Source of the DNA: Eledone cirrhosa | Lineage: Eukaryota | Direction: 5' to 3' | Length of the DNA stretch: 64,000 bases | NCBI GenBank assembly: GCA_964016885.1 | Contig: OZ024742.1 | Span: 140,430,001-140,494,000 of the forward strand | Shown: one piece after another, positions 40,232-54,480 of the stretch | Layout of the letters: the number at the start of each line of letters is the position of its first letter | How positions within the stretch are numbered: the stretch's first letter is position 1 | Made by a program: the position numbers and the translations under genes | Notes under the pieces: model-generated | The model's input: only the letters and a program-made list of their open reading frames with translations | Databases searched by the model: none | Told to the model about the DNA's origin: nothing

Positions 40232-42118
40232 TACATAGATATTTACAGGGTTTTTGTTATAATGTTATCTATATTTGTTTGTTGTTTCTTGGCAAATGAA
40301 GGAAATATTAATTTTCTTCTTTCTCTATACTATTATCTTTGTTTCCTTCAATTACATCAAATTTTAATGCAGCTTCTCCTCTTTCAGTTCCATAGTAGAT
40401 TATATCAATTGCATAGTTTCACTGAATAGATTAGTAAATAGATGACCTAGCATTCATTTGGGAATTGAACTTTTCATATCTTTGAGTCACTGTATGTTGG
40501 TACTGCAATAAAATAGACCCTTTGTAAAATGGCTGGTGACTAAGCGAAGACAATAAAGATAAAGAAGACTTTCAATCTTTCTGAGTACATGACAACCTCT
40601 CTAATGCTAGTACCATGATAAAATGCACTCGGTACACTCTGAAAAGTGGTAGTATTGGTACCACAATAAAATGCATCCAATACACTCTGTAAAGTGACCC
40701 GTGACTGAACGGAAACAATACAGGGTAGAGAGAACTCTCCAGTGTTACTGAGTACATAACAACCTCTCTAATGCTAGTACCATGATAAACTGTGCCCAGT
40801 ACTTTCTGTACAGTGATCGGCATTAAGGAAGGGCATCCAGCTGTAGAAACTCTGCCAAAATACAGAATTTATTAGCAAAATATGGTTCTTCAAACAATCT
40901 TGTCTTGAACCTTGACAACCCGTCCAGCCCATGCTAACATGGAAAGTGGACATACAGTAATGATTTAAATGAGGATGCAGAGTTTGTTGTATTTTTAATA
41001 TGGTGTTGTACTTTTACATCAAAATTCTGAATTTAATTTAACCTTAATAAACCAAAAGGAACTTGCCCTCTGAATACATATGTGAATTAAATCCTCATAA
41101 AACATAGGAACATTTTTTAGATGTTGTTTATGGTAGAAAGGTTTCCTTTAGCTTTCTACTTGTTAACCAAATTAGTGCCATTCTTGAACATGCCCCACCA
41201 TTCATTTGTAGTGTAGTACTGCTGCTGTTGATGTTACCAGCCTGTGTCACCTTTAGTCTAGCAGTTCTCTCCAACAACCATACACAGATTTACATCTCCA
41301 TCTGTACCACAGGCTCCATCTCTCACTAGAAATTTTATCACTTCTCGAAAATGGAAGTCTATAAAATGGTGAGTCTCTGCTCTAGTTATTTGTTTATTTC
41401 ACGGCAATGTTGTGCTGTTTTTTCTTTTGTTATTTTTCCAGTAACCTCTGCTTGATACATTGTTTTTTATATATATTTATTTACTTACTTATTTAGTCTT
41501 ATTTTTTCTCACCATTGAAGTTTTATGGCTTATCTGCATTAATCTGTTCTACCCTAGTATATGTCTCTTTTTCTTTTTAAAAGACTTTATAATGAACTGC
41601 AGGCATGGCTGTGTGGTGGTTAAAGTGTTCAATTTGCAATCACATGGTTTCAGGTTCAGTCCCACTACTTGGCACTTTTCTACTGTAACTTTCAGTTGAC
41701 CACTGCTTTGTCAGTGAAATTTGGTAGATGGAAACTGTGTGGAAGCTCATATATATATATATACATATATATATATATGTGTCTGTTTTTGTGTTTACTG
41801 TTTGTTTATGTCCAGTAACTTGGTGATTCAACAAATGGAAATCGATAAAATATGTACTAGACTTAAATATATGTACCGGAGTAAATATGATGAAGTAAAA
41901 CCCTTTAAGAAAGTGCCCCAGCATGGCCACAGTCTAATAACTGAAACCAGTCTAAGAATAAGATAATCTCATTTGGAATGGCTTTATTACAGTTTCTGAT
42001 GTATAACTACATCTCCACCGTAATTAATGGGATATGTCAAATTGTATAGTTTAAGAGATCTTTGTGTTGTGTCAACTCTTCCATTTGTCTAAGAAATTTG
42101 GCTTTGTGTAATAGAATT

Positions 42119-44497
42119 CATCATCATTTTACATCCGCTTTTCCTTGCTTGCAAGGGTGGGACGAGTCTTAATCACCACAGCATCTCTCCACTTGTCACG
42201 GTCCTTCATCATCTCCACCATGAGCTTCAATGATCTGAGGTCTGTTCTCACCACCTCCGACAATGTTTTTCGTGGTCTACCTCTACCACGTCTTCCTTCA
42301 ACTGGCATTTCCTGGCACTTCTTCACCCATTGGTCATCCTCCATGCGCATCACATGTCCATACCACCGCAGTCTCCTCTCTTGCACACTACATTCTATTC
42401 CTCTCAGACACAGTTTCTCTCTCAACACATCCATGCTGGGTCGTTCACGCACATTGACATTGCACATCCAACGGAACATGCGTGCCTCATTTTTCTCCAG
42501 CCGTTGCTTATCCTCTTCAGTTGCTGCCCATGTCTCACTACCATGCAGCATCGCGCTCCTCACACAGGCATCATATAACGGGCCTTTTGTACACAGGGAG
42601 AAACCCTTCTTCATCAGCAGCCTCCTAAACATCTTCCAACCCGTCCTTATTCTAGATACTATGGTCTCGGAACAGCCCCCTCCCATGCTAATCTGATCTC
42701 CTAGGTACCGGAAGCTATCCACCACTTCTATAGCACCCGCCTGCATTTGAAAAATGTGTTTATCAATACGACTTCTACTGTCTAATTTCTATACATACGT
42801 ATTTCTCCCTACCTTTTAGTTTGCCTGCTATCCCACTACATCTCTTGTGTACCCAGGATCTGCATTGTGTGCATTTTATAGAATTTATGCCAATTCCTTT
42901 TCTGCATATTGAATATGGCCATTTTCCTGACGGAATCAGAGTTTTATCCTCTTTTCTACTCAACACTTTTGTCTTAGCTAGGTTCACTCTCAGTCCTCTT
43001 GCTTCCAACTGCTGTTTCCATAGCCAGAATTTATTCTCTAGCTCCTCTACTGATTCTGCTAAAAGAACCAGATCGTCAGCATAGAGAAGTTCCCATGGGC
43101 AGCCAGTCTTAAAATCCTCTGTTATGGCTTGGAGGACTATAATGAACAAGAGCAGGCTGAGGACCGAACCTTGATGTACTCCTACTTGTATCTGGAATTC
43201 CTCACTAAACTCCATTCCTACCCTGACTTTACTGACAGCACTTCTGTACAAAGTTTGCACTGTGCTCACAAGCCATTTCTCAACACCTAGTTTCCTTAGG
43301 GACCACCAGATGACAGATCGGGGTACCCTATCAAAGGCCTTCTCTAGGTCAACAAAGACTAAGTATAGTGGCTTATTATTCTCTAAGAACCTTTCTTGTA
43401 ATTGTCTCACCAAGAAGAGGGCATCTGTTGTACTTTTCCCAGGCACAAAACCAAACTGCATCTCATCTAGTTTCACCCTTTCTCTAATTAGTTGTGCTAA
43501 TATCCTTTCTGCCATTTTCATAACCTGATCTATCAGTTTTATACCCCTATAATTGCTCCTCTCCAAAGCATCCCCTTTACCTTTGTAGCAATTTATGAGA
43601 ATAATGCTGCACCGGTCTTTGGGTTTGACACCACCATATATAACCTGATTGATGATGCGTGCCACCAGTTTAGTGCTTACGTCCCCTGATGCCTTCAGCA
43701 TCTCAGCAACTATCCCCGACGGTCCAGCAGCCTTACCATTTTTCATTTCCTTAATCGCCTCTTGGACCCTATATTCGTCAATCTTAATAGCTGGTCCCTC
43801 TGTCGGATCTACTGAGGGTAATTTCTCTCTCTCCCATTTGTTCTCCACATTCATCAGTCTCTCATAATGACATTTCCAGACCTCCTTTTTCTGATCATTC
43901 GTGACACTAAGTACACCGGCATCATTCCGGACACATTTATCTCCAACAACATCCTGATTTGCATTGACACACTTCCTTGCAATGTGGTCTTCCCGTCGCA
44001 GAACATTGGCAAACCTCCTACTCTCAGCCTCCCTGCGTGCTAAGTACACCTGACGTCTAGCTTCTCTCTTAGCGGCTGTATATCCTTCTCTACCCCACCC
44101 TTTTTCCAAGCCTTCCATGCTAGTCTTTTGTCTCTAATGGCCCTATCTACTGTGCTGTTCCACCACCAGGTCACTCTCTGCCTAGTTGGAGCTCTGCTCC
44201 AGCCACAAGTTTCATCAGTAGCCTGCAGTAAGTTGTCACGTAAGAAATTCCAGTTATCTGTCAAACGACTCTAAATCGTTGTCTTTTTCATCATACACAT
44301 CTTGAAGGGCTTTCCTAAATTTGTATTTTAGTGAAAGGTCTTTTAGCTTCCAGACCTTTCTTCTCCACACCTTCCTGTATGTCTCATTCCATCTCTTGCT
44401 TACTGAGATATCACTAACGACTAACCTATGCTGTGGGGCACATTCTTCCCCAGGGTATGCCTTGGTATTTGACACCAGCTGCCTGTCCCGCTGCTTA
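42119..44497 (-). mobile_element. Longer 5'-truncated copy of RTE lineage A with frameshifts
   Basis: ORFs 44254-44475, 44040-44264, 42775-44118 (GKAAGPSG, NYRGIKL, QFGFVPG, LLYADD) and 42129-42746. Closely similar to 1312-2656. Confidence 0.93.
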
Positions 44498-44829
44498 ACT
44501 AGTTATTAATAATAATTAATAATAATAATTTTCCAAATTTCTGTTATATTGGCTGCCTAAATGTCAAGATACTCTGCTTGTGGTCTTCTGAAATATTTTA
44601 TTGTCAATGTGTCTTGTAAACTATATGAACATTTGAAAAGCTATGCAGTTATATTATTGGACTAAGGCATCACTGGACTTACATAATATTTATACATTTA
44701 TACATAATATTTATACGTTTATACATAATCTCTTCATTACTATATTTCTAATGAAAGGCACTGTCTACAATTTTCAAATCAAGAATGTGTAAGAATTTAA
44801 TAATATAACTTTATTATTTAGCTAGGAAC

Positions 44830-45010
44830 GGTGGATTGGCAGTATCGGTAGAGTGTCGGACGCCATGCTTTCTAGCATAGTTACGTCCCTTTACGATCTG
44901 AGTTCAAATCCTGCCGAGGTTGACTTTGCCTTTCATCCTTACGGGGTCGATAAAATAAAGTACCAGTAATGCACTGGGTAATTGCTGGCCTTGTGCCTAA
45001 AGTAGAAACA
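44830..45010 (+). mobile_element. SINE S2 (~180 bp) with 17-bp target-site duplication
   Basis: B box GAGTTCAAATCC. Body GCCTTTCATCCTTACGGGGTCGATAAAATAAAGTACCAG. TSD ATTATTTAGCTAGGAAC at 44813-44829 and 45011-45027. Confidence 0.85.
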
Positions 45011-46938
45011 ATTATTTAGCTAGGAACATCACTTAACAAAGGTTCTTACATAGAATTATGGTGGAAGTTTTTTATATAAATATAAACAACTTTGTATTAT
45101 AGAACAAGAGCCTCTTTCAAGTAGTTTGGTATCAAAAGGGTTAAGCAATTTATTGTTAAATTAGAAAATATTCTGTTGCTGTTTTTATAGCTCGCGAAAA
45201 CTCTAATGTACATCCATACTCTTATACTGTGTTTAGTCAAATTGCACCCCTATCTATATAATATCCAGTTCAGCTGTACTCCCATTTCTACATACTGTCC
45301 AATAGAATGTACTTCCATCTCTGCTACATTCTCTGTTGAAACTATGCTTTAATTGCTACTCCCTAATTGAGCAATTATGATATAACTACAGTGTTCTTTT
45401 AAAAAAATTCATATTAACTGTAATGCCTTAAATGTAAGAATTGCTGGAGCTGGTGCAATAATGTGCCAGCTTCAACACTCAGTCATCAGAAGAAGGGAGA
45501 TAGCTGTAAAAGCCAAACTTGCTATCTTGGATAATGACCAAAAAAATACAATTGTGAATACAAATTGCTGAAATGAGGTTCCTCCCAAGGGTCTCAGGAA
45601 TATTGTTACTTGATAGGTTGTGTAGCTAGGAGATCATGGAATTACTCTAAGTAGAGTCATTACTTCTCTGCATTGAGAGATCACAGCTCCAGTACTATGG
45701 CCATGTGGTTAAAATGTGTAAGGAAAGAATTGGACATATTTTATGAGCAAAGCCAACTGGCAGGCAACTAAGAGATAGACCATTAGTAAGATTGTTGGAT
45801 AACATTCATAAGCTCAGTTGGTCTTGCTTGAGGATCTAGCCAGATATTTTGGAAACTGTTATTTCTAATAGGACTGGCAGCAAGGTGTGTCTGATGACTC
45901 TGCCCTCACGACCCTCTCAGGAATAAGTGGAAGAAGATATTAACCCTCCCAAAATTGCCTTTGATTCTTTGTTACAAAACTGTCTGTTTTAAAGTGTTCA
46001 TAATTACTTTAAAAACTTCCATCATAATTTTATGTAAGAGCACTTTATTACATTCCAAACATTGGTTTTGTGTTAAAATGTTTCCTATTTTATGAAATCT
46101 CTCAAAATTATCAATTACTTTCAAATTTAATTAAAGCACAAAGGCAGTAGATTTTCTTAGAAATATGGTAACAAAAGGATTAAATTTCCTTTGTATATAT
46201 TTTTTCAGTCTGTTAAGACTATTCTTTATAATATTTAAGTTGTGTCAGATTTGTACTCCTGTCAGGATGCTTTTTGTAAGCCTCTTCCTTTTTGCATGTT
46301 GTTTAGCCAACTTGTTTTTTTATATGCATGCTACTTACTAATTATCTCTCTTGATATATGTGACTTATAGTCTTCCTATTAGAATATCAGTTTGAACCCT
46401 TTTACCAAACATCTGAAACCATCTCTGGTTCTATGAATCAAAACTGCTCATTTAAAAATATATTTATCTAAAACCCTTTTATTTTTCATTAACCAGCTTC
46501 GTAGTTTAAAAAATCAGTTATATTACTAGATTGCTCCAAATTCTTGATTATTTTGTATGTCATTAGAAATATGGAAACAAAAGAATTAAAGTATTGTCTT
46601 TTGCATGTAGTTTTTCAGATTATAATCTAAGCATGACCATTTGTAAATTAAAAAAAATACATTCCACTGATTCTGTTCTCTAATTTCTGCATGATATTCA
46701 TTAGCTGTTTCTATATGTCAAAGTTAATTGATGTTGTGGAACCCATCTAGTTAAGTTATGATGAGGTGGAGAGGGTGGGGTGGGGGTTCAACAAAGAACT
46801 AGTCTTTGAAATTTAGGCTGCATTGGATATAAGCTTGTCTATATGTGTTTGTGTGTATATGGCTGTACAGTTAAGAAGTTCATAATTTGGGGCTTTATCT
46901 GACAGTGTAACACCTTGATAAATCTACTGGTGAGTACT

Positions 46939-46979
<41 letters not shown>

Positions 46980-47084
46980 AAATGTATGTATATATATATA
47001 TATATGTGTAAATGTATGTATATATATATATCTGTAAATGTATGTATATATATATATATGTGTAAATATATGTATATAGATATT

Positions 47085-48095
47085 TATCTATCTATCTAAG
47101 GCGGGTAAAATTCCCGAGATCCATGGACGAGTTCTCTCCAGCGGTCTCTGTCCCTCATTATCGCTGCCATGTCCTGCGCCTCCAACAGACCAGTGTCTGT
47201 CCTTAGGGCATCAACATACGTCAACCTTGGTCTTCCTCTTCCAGTATGTCCATGTAGGGGCTCCCAAAGGAGCACTGAGTGCAATGTCAACTCTGGATGT
47301 CGGTGAGCATGTCCAGCTAACCTCAGTCTCCTCTGTGTCACTTTTGAGCTGACTTTTGGGATGCTCCCATACAGCTCTGAGTTTTTCATCCTCAGTGTAT
47401 ACTGATTAATGTTCAGAGCCATCCTCAGCATTCTCGTGTAGCACCCATCCACCATCTGAGTGAGTTTCTTGGTCAGTGTCCAAGTCTCAGACCCATACAG
47501 CAGCACAGACTCCACTACAGCAATGAAGAGGCGGATTTTCAGGTCTCTACGAAGGTCCGACTTCCACACCGATCTCAAGCTGTGGCACGCCGCCCAGGCC
47601 TTGCTCTTCCTCTCAACCACATCATCTTCCGTATTCCCAATCTTTGCTCCCAAATACAAGAAGTCCTCAACCAATTCCAGTGGCTTCCCGCCTACATTAG
47701 TGATCCCCTCTGGCTTCTCAACATTCTCTACCAGATATTTTGTTTTAGTCTCATTCATTCTCAGCCCCACACTCATCGACACAGTCTCAACCTCCCGCAT
47801 CAAATCCTCTGCCTCCTTCACTGTATTTGTCACCAAAACTATGTCGTCGGCAAATTCAGCATCCGATACCTTTTTCGCCCTAACTCTCCTGCTCTGAGCC
47901 GGTGCTACAGTAAAGCCAGAGTCCTGGTGTTTCTCCAGTGCAAGGCGCATACAATAGTCCACTACGATGATAAAAAGGTAGGGAGCCAATGTATCTCCCT
48001 GGAGCACTCCAACCAGTATCTCAAAGAACTCTGTCATCCCATCAGGTGTAATGACTTGGGCTTTGGTGTTGGTGTAGAGCAGTGATATCAGTGAT
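47085..48095 (-). mobile_element. RTE-group LINE lineage D, 5'-truncated, uninterrupted RT ORF, (GATA)n tail
   Basis: 313-aa ORF with [34 protein letters not shown] and GRGRPRLTY. The frame stays open upstream to ~48091. TA-rich flanks. Confidence 0.9.
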
Positions 48096-48160
48096 ATAGA
48101 TATATATGTGTAAATATATGTATATATATATGTGTAAATATATATATATATATATGTGTG

Positions 48161-48219
<59 letters not shown>

Positions 48220-51200
48220 AAATATATATATGTGTGTAAATATATATATGTGTAAATATATATATATATATGTGTAAATATATATATATATATGTGTAAA
48301 TATATATATATATATATAGTTACTTGAGTGTAATCTCCTATTATGAAAGAATAAACCCTTGATGTGAAACATTGAGGTAATTTATATATCTTCATGGAGT
48401 TAGTTGGACATTCAAGAAACTACCAGTTTCATAATGTTTGTTGATAAAGGCACATATTCTCCATTAATACAATGTATTGATATATATATATGTGTGTGTA
48501 TGTGTGTGTGACTACATTTTCCAATATGCCTTTTCCAAATTTAAAATCGTAGGGTGTGAGTTGAGGGAAATTTGGTTGTTATTTCTATCAGGATAGAGAC
48601 TTTTCCGCATTAGCTCAGAGTAAGTCAGGTTGTTTTGTAGTCCCAGATATGTAGGAATCCAACAAAACTATAATTAAAGACATTGCAATTGTGACAATCC
48701 CATGGATTTTCTATATCAGGAACTCAAATATAAGTCAATCCAAATATAAGCACACGTACCTCCCTCCCCCATTTTATATCTGAGAAATCAGCAAAAATCC
48801 AAACCCATTTATAATCTAAAGCACACCACATTGTATAGATGGCATATATAAACTGACCCCCTCCTCCTATTTTACCATCAATATTTTGGTCACATTCTTC
48901 AGCTTATATTTGAGTATGTTTGGTATGTTGTTCAATATAACCTTTATTTTAGCTCTTCTAGGTGAGACAGAAATCTCATCCTGGCAGTTCTTCATCCCTA
49001 AAAATATCAAGCTTCAGATGAACAATTAAACAATTACTTAATAAAAAGGGATTGAATGAAATTATTTTGTCTATTGAATGATTATAGCTTAACACTGTAA
49101 GCTAACACTAACCACAATATCAATCTGTTAATTTATCACAAAAGATTTTCAAAATTTGAAGGATGTTCTCATTATTACAATGGTGTTTGGAGCATAACTT
49201 AAAGATTGTTACATAAAATTATTAAAATAAATATGAACACTTTAAAATAGACTGTTTTTTTATCATAGAACCATGATGGTTTCAGGTTTTTTGGTATCAA
49301 AAGAGTTAATTATGCAATCTCTTTCTTGCTTATATTGGCTATGTGTACATCTTGTTATCTATATATAGCAAGATGAACCAAATTCTTTAAAATGAAATGC
49401 TTATGTCAGGAACCAAAACAAAGTAGCGGGCAGAATATAAACATTTGATCTATTAAATAGAAAGCCAGCTATTTATCAACTTCACCTTTAACTCTTTCAT
49501 TACCATATTTTTAATAAATACACTATCTATATATCTCAATTAATTATGGAAATAATAAAATATTTGGAGAAATTTAAGAAAATAACTAAATATTTCATTA
49601 GTAAACTCATATTTAGAACATTACTAAATTAGAAACATTCCATCATAATTTAGAATTTCTAAATTATGATGGAATGTTTTTAATATAACTAAAATATTTC
49701 TCTTCAAATTAAAACATTCCATCCTAAATCCAGGGTGGTTTCAGGTAGTTTGGTATCAACTTGGCTTTTAATGTTGTCATTTAAGACTTGAGCAAACCAA
49801 TGATGAATGATGTAGAAATCTGTGTTGGTGATCACAAATATAAATATTTGTTCTGTGTAGATGCAGCATGGTCAAAGCATCAAGAAGTTTCCTTCACAAT
49901 CATAAAGTTCTGTTTAAACCCACTGCATGGCATCTTGGGCAAGTGTCATTTACCATAGCTTCTGGCTGACCCAAACCTTGTGGATGAATTTGGGTAGACG
50001 GAAACTATCGCTCAGTGTCATACTGAACTCCCAGAGAATTAGGTTTAGTGTACATATGTCTGTGAAATGCTCAACCACTTGCAAATTAATTTCACAGGTA
50101 GTCTGTTCCATTGATTGAACAACAGAAATGCTCATTTAAACTGACATCAATCCATTTCATTACAACCCTATTGGTGTTGACAAATTTACTTGTTTGTTTT
50201 AAATTTCATTATTTGGTATGTGGTTTCTGGTTGTGATACTGTTGAAAACAGGATCATCTGGTGATTCATAAACAAATAATTACTGTAAAAAATAAGGAAA
50301 GAAAGAACGAAGTCGATCATCTTTCCAATAGTGATACTATCTACCAGTCACAACAACTGGCAGATGTGTCACTGCTTTTCTGGTGACAGGAAGCAGGATT
50401 TGAACACAGAATGTGCAGAACTGGAACAAATACCACAAAGCATGGTATCCCAATGCTTTTTACAATTCCACCAATCTGCCAAGCCTGGACTGGTACTTTA
50501 TTTATTGATCTTGAAAGGGTGAAAGACAAGTTGGCTTTGGCTAGTTTTGAACTCTGTGCACAGAGAAAGCCACAACAAATACCAAGCCATTTAATCTGAC
50601 ACTAACGATTCTGCCAATTCACCTACTTACTGTAAAAAGGAAAATAAAAAGGGTACATTTAAACATCATTGTTTGATGCTTGTGAATTTGAAACAAAGTT
50701 TGTAAATCAATAAAACAGCAGTTGGTTGTTTGTTATGCCTTTTGTAGCTATATTTCTGATGAAATGCACTCTATTTCAATTAATTAATAAAGAATTTTGA
50801 GGGAATTACTAAAATTATTAATTATTTCATTACTAAGATAATATTGTATCATTCTTATATAAAATCATGTTGGGAGATTTTGAAGGAACTCTTTAAAGTG
50901 GATAGTTTTGTTTCATAGAACCAGAGGCAGTTTTAGTCAGGTTGGTATCAAAAGGGTTAAACCACTCCCTGAAGTGTTTTGAACATTTTTGTCACACATT
51001 TTTATTTAAACTACCTGCTTTATACATCTCATCTTTGATTAATTAATGTAGTATGGTAGTTCACGACCAAGTGAACTTTGTGAAGTATCAATTTGAATCT
51101 TAGTTACTACTTTAACACTTTTGATGCCAAACCACCTGTAATTACCCCTTATTCTATGACATTACATGTTATTTTTAATGTGTGCCTCCCAATGCAAATG

Positions 51201-53228
51201 ACCATAATAATAACAATAGTTGATCACTATAAATAATAATTGAGAAGATTGGGTAAAGTACTCCTGGAGATGGAAAAAGTAGACAGAGTTGTCTACAAGG
51301 AATTGAACACCACATCTCTCTGATACCAGGCATGTGCTTTTAACCACTACTTGAGTCAACCCTTGTTTATAAAATTTGCTTGTTTTAAAATATTTATATT
51401 TATCTAAAAATCTTCCCTCATAAGTTTATGTAAGAACACCAGCTTAATAATGAGAAAGTTAGTTATATTTCTAAGCCCCTCTAAGCTCTTGATTATTTTT
51501 TTTTTATTTCAATATCACAGGCAGTGTTTTTCATTAGAAATATGGTGAGAAACAGAGTTGACCTTGTCTTTCACTTTCCCAAGGTCAGTAGTATAGTGGG
51601 AGTTGATTTTTTTCAATTATACAGCCAGTCCTAGAAAAATTCCTCTTGTATTCATAATAGTATTTTTTATATAAGAAAAGGCCTTTTAAATAACACTTAA
51701 TTTTCTCTTTTCAATGGTTTAATGTTATCTGCAGTCATGTAGGTAGGGGTCACTTGGTGGCACTTTACTCCTACTGTTCAATGGTGCATCCTCAGATTTA
51801 GAAATATTTATGGTGTTAGACTTATTCCATAACTCTGCCTTAGAACTAGTGCAAATTAAAGTGCCAATCCAAAATGTTTTAAAACACACACACCCTGCTT
51901 CTGTACGGAAGCCTAGCGATGGGCCTGCCAACAGTTACACTTGTTTGTTATATTGAGAGCAGTAGGTAGTATAAATGTTTAAGTTATAGAGAGGTGTTGT
52001 GCTGAAAAACACCCATCAAAAACACGGGCATAAAATAAATGTGGGGATGAGTGTAATTCATAGAGCTGTTTATATCAACCTTTCAACTCACTTCACTAAA
52101 CATAACACACTGTTTGTTTGCATTTATATTTGTAATGGTTGAATCTCTATAGTACTCTATCGGACTCAAATAATGAGTTTATTTTTTTTCCAAACATATT
52201 TTTTTTTATTATATTCACTTTTCATTTATTTGGTGATGTCAACATTTTTATTCCATTCTCTGATCACTGGCAACATTAATTCCACTACAACTGGAATTAT
52301 ATCAGTGACTAGGTCACAAAGAGTGCAATAAAAATTGAAAAGTGAATATAACAGCTTCTGTTTTTTTTTGGGGGGGGGGGGGGGTAATGGCCAGAATGTC
52401 TTCCACAATGTAAATTGCTTCAATTTCAACACACAGTTTCAAATCCAGTCACTTATCTAAACAACTCCAAAATTATTTTTTATTGTTTTGTCCAACCAAT
52501 GTAAGCATAGAAAACAGACATAAAATAATAATGGCAATGACAACAATGATGATGATGATGTTTTTCTTTCAAAGAAATGTTATTTGTTGTTGTTATCATC
52601 CTTTTTATGTTTGCTTTTCCATGTTTGCATGGGTTGAATGAGATCTTTGCTGGCAGATTTTCTGCAGCCAGATACCTTTCCTCACACCAATCCATACTAT
52701 ATTCTAAGTATAGTATATGGCACTAACATTTGTTGAACTACTACACTACTGGATGTATTGTTTATGGGAGATATAAACAACTTTCATAGCAGTCTTTATA
52801 AATATTGTTTATATGAGGTGGCAGAGATAAGCACACGCGCACACATATGATGGGCTTCCTTACAGTTTTCATCTAATAAATAATATTTTATGCACTTGAT
52901 TGTTTTTAGGCAGACTTTGATCATTGAACCTAATAAAGACTGATAGGATTAGCCCAAGGAATCCAGAGGGATTAAAGGATTACTTCTCAGCAACTAAATT
53001 CTCTCACTCATAATTAACTGATTATATTATTCTTTTACTGGTTTACCTTTACAGTCATTAGGTTGTGGCCATCCTGGAGCACCATCCTTAATTGGGATTT
53101 AGTCAATCATATTGACATCAGCACTGTTTTTTTATTTTCAAGTCTGGTACTTATTTTATTGATCTCTTTTTGTTAAATGCTAAGTTACAGGATATAATAT
53201 ATAATATATAATATATATATATATATAT

Positions 53229-53390
53229 ATATTCATTTATTATGGTTAAGTGGTGAGCCTTGTTATTCTGGGTTGTCACCTGTGCATGAGTGTACAGGTG
53301 AAACTCTAGAGTAACAAGGCTCACCACTTAGCCATAATAAATGAATATTTAAACTCTACTTGAGTATTGAGTACTCATTCTTATTCTACT
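53229..53390. mobile_element. Hairpin half-hammerhead element related to P1
   Basis: Imperfect ~58-bp arms 53229-53286 and 53291-53348. GAAAC-TCTAGA-GTA at 53300-53313. The tail ACTCTACTTGAGTATTGAGTACT resembles the reverse complement of the P1 leader. Confidence 0.55.
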
Positions 53391-54049
53391 GGAATTCACT
53401 CACAAGGCATTGGCCAATCCGAGGCTATAGTAGAAAACACCAACCCAAATGCAGTGGGAATGAACCCAAAACCATGTGGTTATGAAATAAACACTGGCGA
53501 AAATGGTAATGGTAGATTTCTCCCTTTAAATTAGGTGATGTGTTTTCCTGTGGATGAGAATGTTTTACAGCTTTAAAGAATTTTTTTTAATTTTCCAACT
53601 GCATATGTTCATAACCAAGTATGATCCAGTTCATTTACATTATGAATAATTAGAATCTTATTTTTCAAAGAAAGAAAGTCTTTTGGATGGCCATTGGAAG
53701 ATATTTTCTTGTCAATAAAGAGTTTGGTATCTGTAATAAAGAATATTAATACAAATAAAGGAATGTATTTTCTAATTGCATTTGACTATCTTTGTAATTA
53801 TGATGTTAAGGATGGTGCTAGTGGTGAAGATAAATGGATTGAGATGACTTTTTGAGAATTTTGAAAGTGATTTGATGAGAAGTTTAGAGCCTGTGATGGA
53901 TGTTGAGAAGAGAAATGGACTGAGATGTAATGAAAGTAACTGATTGAATAGACTAGAAACCTGGGCCAATGAATGCCTTACTTGTGAATTTAGTAGATGA
54001 AAACAGTAAGGAAACCCTGTGGATGGGTGGGTGTGTGTCTTTCTCTGTA

Positions 54050-54480
54050 TGCATCATTTAAAGAAACATATTGAGGTGGTTGTGTTATGTTGAGGAAGAA
54101 TGAAAGTGACTGGGTGAAAGGAATAGAACTAGAGATGGATGTGAGGAGAAATAGAATGAGATGGTTGGGTCATATGTTGAGGAAGGATGAAACTGAATGA
54201 GTAAAAGGAATAGAATCAGTGATGAATAATGTGAAGAAAAATGGAATGAGATAGCTGGGTCATGTGATGAAAGGAATTGGGTGGAAGGTGTGATGGAAAT
54301 GAATGTGGAAGTAGAAAGGGGAGGGGGGAATAGAGAAAGACATGGTTAAAGATGATGCAGAAGGAATTGAAAGACAGGGGATTGGGGAAGAGGGATATGG
54401 AGAAAAGGGCCAAATAAAGAAACTTGTCATGAGGCCTGCAAAGCTATCTCCTGTTTTAGCAGGAAAAAATTATCTTAAAA
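54050..54480 (+). mobile_element. Very old RTE 3' remnant with internal duplications
   Basis: Repeated ATGAGATGGTTGGGTCATATGTTGAGGAAGGATGA (MRWLGHMLRKD-like) and a purine-rich GRGR segment. Confidence 0.5.

Noticed and set aside
45890-45940. Isolated CTGANGA words (also ~20570, 36198, 45483, 56575, 61892)
   Set aside because: No correctly placed stem II, GAAA, stem III and stem I, so they are consistent with chance.
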